DNA from: Amphiscolops sp. MND2022
Lineage: Eukaryota
Assembly (NCBI GenBank): GCA_964187785.1
Contig: OZ076409.1
Location: forward strand, 56,546,001 to 56,610,000
Direction: 5' to 3'
DNA: 64,000 nt
Shown: piece by piece, positions 1 to 11,915 of the stretch
Position numbering within the stretch: the first letter of the stretch is position 1
Layout: each line of letters opens with the position of its first letter
Made by a program: the position numbers and the translations under genes
Notes under the pieces: generated by a model
Databases searched by the model: none
Told to the model about the DNA's origin: nothing
What the model saw: the letters and a program-made list of their open reading frames with translations, nothing else

Positions 1-277
1 CAAAAAATGAGAAAGTTACGCTTAGCTAATTTTGAGCATTTTCGGGACTTTTTTGGGTTTTCGAATTTTGGGATTGGAAAAAGAACCTGGGGGGTTGGTA
101 AGGAACACTTTTTCTCTCAAAACCATAACCAAAAGTAGTCAATGATAGTAATAATTGCAGAATTAATGATGATTATTGCGATAATTATCAAAATTCGATA
201 ACTATTAAGACTCAATAATAATAATAGACAATTCCTAATAATTTAGATAAAATGCGACGGTTTATAGAACGTAATTA

Positions 278-337
278 CCGACGACGAAATTTCCGACGAC
301 GAAATTTCCGACGACGAAATTTCCGACGACGGAATTT
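278..337. repeat. 15-bp tandem repeat (CCGACGACGAAATTT) x~4
   Basis: Read directly; resembles the subterminal repeats of the DNA-transposon MITEs elsewhere in the window. Confidence 0.85.
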
Positions 338-519
338 ATGGTAACTGCAAATACGTATCACGCGAACCCGTAAAAGACGAGCACAAAAATCATAACACAA
401 TATGACCCAGTATCTTTGAACTGATATGTTATAGTTAACCTGTTGAAAAAGATAACGAAGACTTTTTTCAGCTCTCAGATTAGCACAGTGGCTTTACTAG
501 ATAGAATAAATATAAACTT

Positions 520-1960
520 AAAATGAAAGAAAATGGGAAGTTTTTGACCGAATAATTCAATTGAGTGTCATCAACGCAAAAAAATCTTGAAGGTTGCGGT
601 AGTCTTCTATAGCTGGACTTTATTCCTACAGCACTAACTGATACAAAATAAGCAAAAACAACTTTTCGATATTTTTAGGGTTTTCACAAATTTTGTTACG
701 ATTCCTATAGGTGTACCAAGTCATTCACAGATATGTGCATGAAAAGAATCTCACCATATATAACTTCCAAAAATTTCAAGAGAAAAAATAACAACTCTGA
801 TTGAGTATAAACAAAAACAGTCGCCTACTGTATACCATTCAAGAAGCTTGCCGACAGATAAGTTTTTGGAGAGTGAGCTGGGTTACAAATTGCCACCAGA
901 AAGTTCGTTGTGCCAACAATGTTTGGACAGAATTGACTAATTAATCGAAATTTCATCAATGATCAAAAACTTGGAATCAAACATTTATATGTCATATTCA
1001 ACAAAACAAAGAACCTCCGAATGAAAAGCGTTTTTGCTATTTTAGTTGGTGTTATAAATTTGCCTGCCAAACCATACCTATTATCATTGAAGGGTATGAA
1101 TAGTACAGGGGCCTTTGTTTCTCAGTATCTTATGGAAAATCTTTACACAGTGTTGAATGTCAAAGCATTTCAGTTTCGACTCTTGGTTACGGATAGGGCA
1201 GACTGTTGCATCAAGACAGGTCAAACCTTGAAATCCATTTTTTCCAAATCTGTTGCACGTAACCAGTGTAGTTCATGCAACACATTTGGCAATGGAAGAT
1301 GCGAGACATGGAATTTCTCACGCAAACGATTTCATTTCATCTCTCGAATCAGCTCTGTAAAAGTGCACAGACAGGCGCCTAACTTCCCAGTATCAATTCC
1401 ACCCTGGCCGGTACTAACGCGGTGTGGCACTTGGGGTAAATTTGGCATCTTTTTGGTGATGCACTGGGAGCCCATTTTTAATTGGGTTAACTCCTTGGAC
1501 CAGGCCGGATCCATTGTCTAAGAAGTGAAACGTGCTTTCAATCATCCATCAGCTCAGCAGTAATTATGTTTTTTTTATGTTCATTGGAACGAGCAGTTGA
1601 GGTACAGAAAGAAATGCAGTAATTTGCAATTAATATACAACATTAATTCAATTTACTGCAGATTTTTCAGTTAATAGACAGCAGTTAATTTACAACAACA
1701 CTTCAATTTACCGCAAATTTTTCAAGAGGAAACTTATGGTACTGAAGCAAAAGAAAAATTCAATACAGTTCTGCAAAAAAATCCAGACCTGGACAAATTG
1801 CGTGAAAATATGGCTGTTTTCACACATTCGCAAATTCATTCATGTGACATTGAGCGACTTTTCAGTCTTATGAAAGCAAAAGAACTTCATTTTGCTAACA
1901 TAACCACTGGAAGCATGCAAAAGTTGTTGTTTGTACGATTGATTAAATTCAACTATTTCA
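520..1960 (+). pseudogene. Decayed hAT-superfamily (DUF659/CGGBP1-like) transposase
   Basis: Motifs in order across frameshifts: GYKLPPESSL; LLVTDRADCCIKTGQTLKSIF; (frameshift) FPNLLHVTSVVHATHLAME; PPWPVLTRCGTW (cf. TRWGTW); SCDIERLFS (cf. hAT C-terminal dimerisation ERxFS). Many stops and frameshifts; boundaries approximate. Confidence 0.7.
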
Positions 1961-2995
1961 ATCCATTATTTTACGTTTTTCGCAACTATTCTAACTTTCC
2001 CTAATTTTCATTTCAATAATTATTGCCGTTATTGTCCTCTCAATTATTTATTACCAACTTATGGTTCACAGTAAGCTCATCAGGGCTTGTACAAAGAATA
2101 TCAACCATTGTCATAGTTTCTCGAAAGCGTTTTGCCAAAAAATAGTTCAGGGCGAAAAGTATCTCGTTGCGTTTCGAGTTTTTTATTGAGTTAACTGAAT
2201 GCAATCAACTGTTACCCCTCAGTCTTGGTGCTAATTGAGGTGTCAAATTGGGGTTTGTTGTTAAAATCTCAATTCTGTAATCTCATAGAAGAGGCTTTCA
2301 CTCTACTCCTTTATTGTAATTAAAACATTTCGCCAACAAAAAATTGAATGGATAAAAAATTCTTGCACAGAAACTTGTAGGTTCGTTAGGTTATATCTGG
2401 GGGCCTATTCTTCAGTTAGGTATGTCTGGGGGATTGTCATAAAATCCCAATTTTAGTCAGACTAAAATTAATTTTTCATTAACGCAGCATGCAACTGCTG
2501 CAATAGCAGAATATAAATGTGAATAATAATTTTTATTGGTCACTTCAATTTTGTCTGCCTCCGGGTGTACTTCTATTACATTAGAAATTTGTCTCGCATA
2601 TTCGCCCCCTGGTGTCGTAATAAAATAATGGGAGGGCTTCCGACTATGTCTGCTATTCCATTGACGTATTAGTCTTCACGAGGACTAGCTTTGCCTAAAA
2701 TCTGCATAAAGCTCCGTGCAAAATCTGTATTTAGCGTACTGACAAACGCCGCGGGTCTTTTTCTCTGATTTATTGAGACGGGGCGGTCACGCATTAAGCG
2801 AGGTATTGATTTTGGCAATCGGACGGTATTTAGAGCTTTTGTTCAGCTACTTCACCGTCCTCTAGACGATTCGAGATTTTTTTTAAAAAAAGATGAATAA
2901 ATTAATAAACTGTCTCACGCTTCTGTCTCCGCCATACAAATTTTTCAACCTAATGAAAAATTTATAAATTTGTTTTGTTTTTATTGAAGTCTTAC

Positions 2996-3097
2996 CAATT
3001 TTTTTTGCAACATTTTCTGCATTTGTTTCTTGTTGTAGACACTCGTAAATAGTTACAAGGCTCCTTCCCTCATAGATTTTTTTCTCAGATGACAAGG
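2996..3097 (-). CDS. Possible internal exon (102 nt, phase 1-1): LSSEKKIYEGRSLVTIYECLQQETNAENVAKKI
   Basis: Acceptor ATTTTCAG and donor GTAAG on the minus strand, open frame, phase-compatible with exon 27577-27615. Could instead be part of a decayed ORF. Confidence 0.3.
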
Positions 3098-3190
3098 CTG
3101 AAAATGTTTCGTAATCACTTCCGATTCTATTGAACTTGCAAGCAAGGTCATTGTCATATTTCAGGGAATTGAAGTGACTCTACATACTTA

Positions 3191-3918
3191 CCCGTACTGC
3201 CACTTCAGTGGGATTTAAGGCCTTGTCAGGATAACTCAAGGATTTCAAGTCCTTGACAGGATAACTCAAGGATACCAAAGGCTGCTAAGGATTTCCCCAG
3301 GTTTTGAAAAAACCGCGTCTTTACCAGCCCTGATCCAGTCCTTAGCAGCCCTTGGGAAATTTCGATGAAAAATTCGAAATTGTGTATAGGGCGCGGCCAT
3401 ATTGGATTTGAGGGGGAAAAACTAGTTGCATGTAAATTATGCGTCAATTTTGCCCCATGAGCGCTTGGGTATGGTATATTTGATGTTATATTGTGAATGG
3501 AGCGTTTACATGCACCTGCTCGTTGGTAGCGCTGCCGGTGTCGACTGTTCCCCAGTTGGCCAGCCAATACTAAAATATGGTTTTTTCGATGTCGTTATCT
3601 GATTAGTTGACGATAGACTATTTTCACAATTTTTGCAAGGAAACATACTGAAAATGTAGTTTTCTTGCTCCCAATAATAGATTTTTTGACCTAATCTAGC
3701 ACCTATTTGACCCTTATAAGCCCTGAATCGGTTTTGGGTTGTCTCATTTTCCAGTCCGTGGTATTGGATCTCCAGGATTCCCCAGGACTGATAAGGACTT
3801 GTCCAGGTCTTGTAAGGATAAAAGTGGCACATGTAAGGACTGGTCCAGAACTTGAAAAGTCTTTACCAATCCTTGGGAATCCTTGGCAGCTTGGAATTCA
3901 AACTTTTGTCAGTACGGG
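3191..3918. mobile_element. Non-autonomous TIR element (CMC/EnSpm-like MITE)
   Basis: TIR CCCGTACTG...CAGTACGGG; TA on both flanks (3189-3190, 3919-3920); subterminal AAGGA/TCCTT-type repeats; no coding capacity. Confidence 0.8.
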
Positions 3919-3951
3919 TATAAACAATTAATGGCAATCAGAATTTTCTAG

Positions 3952-5249
3952 TTATTCTCCGCCCATATTTCATATGGGAAAGGAAAATATTTAAATCAAA
4001 CGGGTTTTTTTTACAAAATTTGCCAAGAATTATTGTTTACGTAATATGAAGAAGTACATTCACAGAATTCAACTGACATAAATTTAGTTCCATGCGATAT
4101 GTATTTGTAACGATTTTTGGACTTTTTTGGGAATGACGGAAATGACCCCATAATGACCCAAAAATGACCCCGAAAATGACAAAAATTCAAAACTTTCCCA
4201 ATTTTCACCGTTTTCATGCATTTTTTGCCATTTTTTCGATAAACATCGTCAATTAGAATGTTGAAAACGTTCAACAAGGCACGAATTCGTTGTCCAATAG
4301 TATTCTGAAGAGATAAATGCGGTTTTTTAAAAGAAAAATTACCAAAAAAATGACAAAAATTCCAAAATTTTTCGACTTTTAACGTTTTAATGCAATTTTT
4401 GTCATTTTTTCGATAAACATCGTGGATTAGAATGTTGAAAACGTTCAACAAGGCACGAATTCGTTGTCCAATAGTATTCTGAAGAGATAAGTGCGGTTTT
4501 TTAAAAGAAAAATTACCAAAAAAATGACAAAAATTCCAAAATTTTTCGACTTTTAACGTTTTAATGCAATTTTTGTCATTTTTTCGATAAACATCGTGGA
4601 TTAGAATGTTGAAAACGTTCAACAAGGCACGAATTCGTTGTCCAATAGTATTCTGAAGAGATAAATGCGGTTTTTTAAAAGAAAAATTACCAAAAAATGA
4701 CAAAAATTCCAAAATTTTTCGACTTTTAACGTTTTAATGCAATTTTTGTCATTTTTTCGATAAACATCGTGGATTAGAATGTTGAAAACGTTCAACAAGG
4801 CACGAATTCGTTGTCCAATAGTATTCTGAAGAGATAAGTGCGGTTTTTTAAAAGAAAAATTACCAAAAAAATGATTTTAAAATTCCAAAATTTTTCGATT
4901 TTTAACGTTTTTATGCAATTTTTGTCAAATTTTCGATAGACTTCGTGGATTAGAATGTTGAAAACGCTTAACGTGACAGGAATGGCAGGAATTCGTTGTC
5001 CAGTATGCTTTTCCGAAGAGATAATGACTGTTTTCTAAATGAAAAATATATCAAATTGAAACCGAAAATGACAAAAAACCCAAAATTTTCCAATTTTCAA
5101 AGTTTTTTATGCAATTTTTGTCAAATTTTCGACAGACTTCGTAGATTGGAATGTTGAAAAGAGTCAACAAGGAACAAATTTGTTGTCCAGTAGTCTTTTT
5201 CGAAGAGATTTGGGGCGGAAAATATCCCGCTGGTCCGCGGGCGTCTTGT
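3952..5249 (+). mobile_element. Helentron/HINE (DINE-1-like) non-autonomous element, family A, copy 1
   Basis: 5' subTIR TATTCTCCGCCC and 3' subTIR GGGCGGAAAATA, then GC stem-loop CCCGCtggtccGCGGG and terminal CTTGT; internal tandem array; the same ends recur at 53070-55471 and the same 5' end at 56796. Confidence 0.75.
4170..5210. repeat. ~174-bp tandem array (~6 units; the central ones nearly identical)
   Basis: AAGGCACGAATTCG recurs at 4276, 4450, 4624 and 4797. Confidence 0.95.
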
Positions 5250-8200
5250 CTTCTAATTGATTGCGTGCGGGCAAAACTACTCTTGAACTAAATTTGTTCT
5301 CAACGTTTTCGGGCCGTACAAAAGCATCTGGTATTCAATATCATCATGTGTTTATTGTGATTTTATTTTCGAAGACATTGTAGCTACTTATTTTTCGTTT
5401 TTGAAAAGCAATGCATAAAATATTTGAAACGTTATAGCAGAACGTTACGCATTCTAATGTTACAAAGAACGTTAACGAACATTTAAAGATTTCACATTGG
5501 AAATTAATTCACATATTTCGTGCAGTCATAAAAAGAAAGATATCGACTATTGTAGCTCAGAAAGTAATAGATAGTTAGAGACTTTTGGTACCCATTATGG
5601 ATATACAGATGCTAGTAACAACCAACTTGGTATTTATCATATAGCATTTCGAAAGTACCCTTAGAGAGAATTTAATGCACTCTATAAACCTATTTTAGTA
5701 CTGACGACGGTATAAGCAATGTGATCCTAACTTTTATCATGCCCCGAAGTATTAGAAACGACTTTAAGGTATTGAGAATCATAAATGTGATATAAAGAAA
5801 ATAGAACTGTAACTCTTTTGATTACGTATTTTCAGACAGCTTTTTGGGCAAACAAAAAATCGTATCCATTCTGCGAAAATATAGCCATTTAAGTTAGTTG
5901 CTGTGAAATAAAGCTGCTCGCTGATTTTAACACTTTTGAAACCTGTCCTAAAACTGCGGTTGCGGTTCGAACTATTCGGCCACATAGCTAGAGTGGAGCC
6001 CCTATTTTGAATTTCAAATGACTCAAGTGGTCTCAATAAAGGTATTACAAATCTACTTCAGCGATTAAAGATGAAGATTAAACCAAAATCAAAAGCAAAA
6101 TCATTACAAAGGTTAAAAGCAAAATTATATGGGCATGGCTGTTCCGAGTTTTTGGAACGATTCACTCACAGCGGAATCAGTATTCGTCAAGTGTCACTAT
6201 TTCCCAATGACATATGCTTAAGTTAAGTTTCATTTATTTGAAAGATATGGCCTGCTTTCTTTAATAAGAGTAAGTGTTTGCTTTTAGCTGAGAGCCGCAG
6301 CTACAAGAGCATTTTTTCGAGAAATTATTCACGATACCAAATCAAAATCCCGCACTGGTAAGCGGCCCTTTGCAAGTGAAAACCATAAGATCTCATATAA
6401 TCAAAACGGCTGAAAACACTATTTTAATACAAATACTGAAGTAGTTTCTAATGAAAATGGTATCTCTAAGTTGTATATTCAGATTATGTAGGTTCAAAAG
6501 TCTGACACTGTCTGGTCTTGATTAAGTATGTCCTTCGCCAAAAAGAACGTACTTCAATCGAGGTCAACATAAATGAATATTGCCTTCTAGATACACTACT
6601 ATTTAATCAGTTGCCGCTGAAGTGTTAATAATCTCATCTTTGGGGAAAATGAAATGTTGCCGTAATCAGTGTTTTTTGGTTTCTCTAAATGAATGCGTAA
6701 TGAAATTCCGTCATTAAACCAAAATGAAAATTAACCAAAGTAAGAAGATTTAGTTTTTTTCAAACAGACTATTGATGGGAATTGAATATGTTAGGGTTGC
6801 AATTTAACTCAATATAGAAAAAAAATAAGTTTGATTAATATTTAAAAACTAATTTTGACTGTCAGTTTCGAAGCAAGGACAATTTGTACAAGTTTTGTTA
6901 GAAAAACTACGGAAATTATGACATCTGAGAGAAGCATCTGTTGATTTTATGTGATCGAGCACGTGGAAATTTTGACACCATATTTTTCTGAAATTGGTTC
7001 CCCAGGATTCAAACAATTCAACCCCAGAGCTAGATCAGTCGAATCGTTCACATGGTTTTTAACTTTTAATCATTCGCATCATTTCGATTTCATCGCATTT
7101 TCTATTTGAACAAAACAGCGAGATATCTTTTGTTTCAAACGACCTCAATGAAGGGGAGATTGCGGTTCATTTGCTGAAAAAGTAGAAGCTTCTCTGTGTT
7201 TATTAAAATAGGCGGGTCTATCATGTCATCGGGGATGGTTTGAATGTAGACCTTTAATCCCTAGTGGGGTTTCTTACTCTGGTATTTACTCAAAGAAGGT
7301 AATTACAAAACAGCTCAACGGGTAACGTGCACTTCCCGTCTTTGAGTCTGTATAAAATTGATTTTATTACTGGTAATCTTATAAGGCCATTAAAAGTCTT
7401 TCCACCTAAGATCTTGATCAAATATACCTATTCCCTCCAGACTTCTGTCAACCATGTTATACGTGACCTTTTTACTGACCACTTTTGTTCACTGGTCTGT
7501 CATAACTTCCTTAGTCATAACAAATATTAGAAAATCACTCTTGGATTAGATGGAATTACGCAAATGACGCGTCAATGAGAAAATAGGATTACCAAGACCT
7601 CATAATTACAGATATTTGGGGTTTTCAGCGGATGACCTCTTTTTTATATAAATTTTTAATGAGTTGTATTAGGCTTTATTGAAATGTCAAAAAGAATTTG
7701 GAAAGCGAGTTTTCTAAAATCCACAAAATCTTGGTGAAACATATAATTTAGGCATTGTGTCAACATTTCATCTGACAATGGTTGAGTCGGGGAGCCTGAA
7801 AGTTGGATAATTCAGTTAGGATAAGGAAGAAAAAAGGGGAAAATGAATACTTGGATTGCTCAACTTGGTAGCTCTTTGAATATTGACAAAATTTATTAGT
7901 GGAGCCGTTTTTCTAGAAATCTTAAGTTCACTTTATTAATTCTAAATCTTTTTTACCCCGAGTCTCAACCTGTATCATATTCGTGCACGTAGAAAGGCGT
8001 CAATAATTTGTGGGAAAATTTAGTTAGTTTATTGGACCTTTCATGTTAACAAACTTCATAATTTTGCATCTAAGCTGAGGATTCAGGTAGATGCAAATCA
8101 GAGATCGAAGTCTAATCAGTATTCATGAGTTGAAGATACTTTTCAAAATCTTTTCATCTTTGTTGAGATAAAAATATGCAGTTTTATGACGCCTCTTCGG

Positions 8201-9103
8201 TCATTCAAACCAATAGATTCCAACGAGTTTTGCCCCTCTTGAGGTAAAATGAGGCCAAAACAAAGAAAAGATTGTTTTTTTAAAAAAAATCCTAAACGAT
8301 AACTTGCAACCAAATGAAGTGAAACTGATCAAACCGAATATAATCATTAGAAACCAGAAGACTGAACCTATGACTAATATCCTCCATTGAAAGTACTTTT
8401 TTGAAAAAAAAATTATTTCCAGTTATAACCAATCTCTGTAGAAAAAAAAATTTATAGCGATGAGGCCTCGTAGACGGAAAAAATGTGACTTTGAAAACTA
8501 AATGACGGTACACATTTCTAAAAAAAACTTCACGGTGGAAACATGTCAGTGTCCATGAGCCTTTTGTTACAATTGAATTTATTCTCCAACTTCAAAATCT
8601 TGTTTCATGATGACAATTCACATCATTTGACACTAAACCGATGTGTAAAAAATTTATCTGTTGACATATGAATGTGAGAGAACATTTGAATGTGTTAAAA
8701 TACAAATACTCCACGTTGAGCTACCCGATATTACTTTGCAATAAAGTTTTTGTGTCTTTCGGCTAATATCGCAATTAATGAAAATTTTTCGGTGGATTTT
8801 GCTATTTATTGTGATCAAAGTTCCTTCAAAAGTTTGCCATGTCTTTAACAGTGTCATAGCCCTTTGGTTGGATCATTAATCAATCGCAAATACTTTTTAA
8901 TTTTTCATGCTGATGTGACTATGTATCTTATTGGAAATCTGTCAAAACACAGTTTGTCAAAAATACGAGTTTAATGAGCGTTTTCTTCCATTTGCTGTCA
9001 AAGAAGTTTGATCAATGAAACTTAACATCGAAAAAGTTCTTCCGCTGGAAGAGCAACATAAACCTCATCTGAAAACAGAACAACAACATCACCTCAAAAG
9101 TAA

Positions 9104-9630
9104 ACAAGCCGGGAATGGCCCAAGTCGGCACCATGCGCCATTTCTAAGGCTGAAAAACAGCAAGAAGACTTCAAAGTGTTTAAAGTATTCCCTTCTACAT
9201 TACACTAAAAACCCAAAAATTGGACCGAATTGCTGCACCAGGGGGGACGCTTTTTTTGAAAAAAGCCTCAAAATGCCGAAAAAACTGAAAGAGGAGACCC
9301 TTTGGGATTTTTCATCATCCTTTCTGTCGCAAAACTCCAAAAAAATTGAAGGGGGACCATTTGGGAAAATTTTTTTTTCGAAAAAAAAGTCTGATAATGC
9401 CGAAAAAACTGGAAGGGACTCCCTTTAGTCTCGCCCGGTATGTTATGGTACGCGGAGAAAACAAAAAGGTTTTTGGTTCAGTTCTCTGAGTCAATAGGTG
9501 CAATTTGGCGCCTTAAAATTTTTTAAACTTTTGGTAGAACTATTTTGGTCACTTCAGGTGTATCGAAAAAAAACACTGACGAGTGGCCATGATTATAGTC
9601 GACTCTTTTCTTAAGAAAAGCGCCGACTTA
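9104..9630 (-). mobile_element. Helentron/HINE-like element, family B, copy 1
   Basis: Plus strand begins ACAAG-CCGGGAATGGCCC-AAGTCGGC and ends GCGCCGACTT (subTIR pair, hairpin, and CTTGT end on the minus strand); same ends at 24446-25158. Confidence 0.65.
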
Positions 9631-10029
9631 AAATATCCAAAAAATCGGATCTTTTCCATTTTGCCTCATTCTGCAGTCGTTTTTGATTACCCATTTTGTA
9701 AAAATCCGCTTTTCATTTGTTTCAGCAGTGTCAGCTGTATCAGTTTGCTCGCGTATTTCACAAACAAAATGTAATTGTTGGAAGAGCTGATACGATTTCA
9801 AAAATCAGTGTCCGAATCAGGAATACGATGTTTGTAACTCAACAGAGTTTGTACTCAACATTTTTCAATCAGTCTCAGGACTTCTCCGAAAAATTTTCTC
9901 AATCGTATGAATGTCCTTGCCCAGAACTTTATGCTGAATTATTTTAGCTCTTTCAAAACTTTCATTTGATCTTTCTGATTTGTACTTTTTATAGTGAAAT
10001 ATGAGTATTTGAGGCTTCAGAGTTTCGAC

Positions 10030-10301
10030 TTTCCATCCATGGCCAGAGGTGGTTTATACATGCATGGCCACGGCTGTTCCATTGATGGCCCAGTGGTGGT
10101 CCATCGATGAGTTCAGAGTTGTTCTGAGTATCCGACGTTTTTTGAACGTCTTCAAAATGTTGGTTTCCATCCCTGGCCAGAGCCAGCTGCTCCAGGCCTG
10201 GCTAGGTGTAAAAGTATTGCTTGGCACTGGTTGACCAGGCCTGGTCGGGAATGGAAAGGCCATGGACCATCCATGACCATGGACGGATTTCTCAGGACGG
10301 G
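10030..10301. mobile_element. Truncated CMC-like MITE (right arm)
   Basis: CCATGG/CCATCC subterminal repeats ending CTCAGGACGGG, similar to the CAGTACGGG terminus at 3918 and 43808. Confidence 0.5.
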
Positions 10302-11734
10302 AACTGATGATCACCGATTATCTCGAACTTTCTAATAACTCCTAAATTTCTTCATACTGCTCAGATAAACCTGGAGACATACAAGAGGTCTCATGTAAAA
10401 CATGCTTATTCTCAACAATCACTTGATTTTTTTTCAGCTTGTGACTCATATTCAACACGAGGCGAAAATTCCTTAAAGCAAAATTGCATCCTTTTGATTG
10501 CTTGGCGCTCCATCCAATTTTAGTGACCTTGTTTTTATGCAGAAAGAACACCTCAAATTTTTGTCATATACGCTAAAGCACGTTTCTAAAGCTTTCTAGT
10601 GTGTGTTGAACTCTTCGCAGAAGTATCAAAGGGGTTGGAAAAGAAGTATGTTCACCCAAAAATGCTTCCTCCGAACCCGATCAATTATTTTAACCATTTC
10701 TGAAAGAACGCATCTGCCGTTGCCAAAAGGAGCTGCACTGTTTCTGTGAAAAGAGCCATGTTCAACATTGTTCACAATTTATTGAATTTGATTTTTGCAG
10801 TGGAACAAATTGATTATTTCACGTCCCTTCGAGACTTTTCACGCGATAAAGCAATTGATTCACACCTGCAGAATTTTCCCATTTGAACTTCCTGCTGCAC
10901 CTGCTGACGCGATTTCTAAATTCACTTAATTTTGGTTGGAGCCTCATTCACGGGAATTGCCTGCCGCTATCTCAAAGCAAAGCCAACTATGAAAAAGCTT
11001 TTCTAACTTTTGTTTAATTTTCATACTCTTTTGAAAAGATAAATGAAGTACTTTTATACCATGGTTTGTGGTATAAGTTTCTGTTAATCAAGTAAAATCA
11101 TTTTTCTTGTTATTGAATATATACATCCTACTTTTTTTATCTTTTACACACACCTCACTTGCTCCAACGGATCAAGCCGTTCTAATTTTTGACAGATGTC
11201 AATCAAACGGGATGAAGTACCAGTAGTACGATCGAGGTATACATTTGTGAAGCAGGAAAAAGCCTTCGAGCTTTGTCTCAATCTTATCCATTGTTACAAA
11301 TTTACTATGGAGAGCGATGACATTTCCAACCTTTGTCCAGAACCAGCAGTAGAAAAAAGTAGAGAGAGCAAGTGTATGAAAACAAAAACAAAACGTACGA
11401 CAACCGGAGTATTTTGTGCTATCAACGAACTTCATCAAATTGAAGCTCTAGCGCAGCGTAATAATTCAAATTTCCTGAAGTTCTAGAACAGCTGTAACAA
11501 TGTCAAAAGCAACGAAGTTTAAAATATATACAATATTAAATGAGATGTCTGAGAATTACGCTTCACAGATTGTCATTATCACTGATTGACGCGTCATGTT
11601 TTCAGAGTAGCAAAATGGTAACAATATCAGAAAAGAACTTGTCTCGATGCCAAATTTCACTACTCATCTATTTCGTAGATCATCGCATCTTTTCAAATGA
11701 CTGGTTCTTAACTGACTGCTGTGTTATTTAGTGT

Positions 11735-11915
11735 ACAGACAAAAGCCCCCAAACAAAAGCGTCCAGTAAGAACCGCCCAATTCATACAGTCAAAAGCGCC
11801 AAGTGCGAAGCACCTCTCAAATGTTCGAGATGAATAGTTCCGCCTCACTGACCTAACTGGGGCGCTTTTGACTGTGTATTCTGGGCGCTTTTGACTGGGG
11901 CGCTTTTATTTGGTG
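11735..11915. mobile_element. Foldback/MULE-like MITE remnant
   Basis: CAAAAGCGCC-type repeats on the left mirrored by GGCGCTTTTG repeats on the right. Confidence 0.6.

Noticed and set aside
4011..4712. 233-aa ORF with 58-aa repeats
   Set aside because: By-product of the 174-bp (3 x 58) tandem array; no ATG start, and the frame breaks in neighbouring units
4170..5210. CRISPR-like array (also considered for 42539-42710 and 26257-26310)
   Set aside because: Head-to-tail repeats without unique spacers, no cas genes, eukaryotic context
5300..9000. Possible decayed coding sequence
   Set aside because: No long ORF or recognisable motif found by eye; left unannotated
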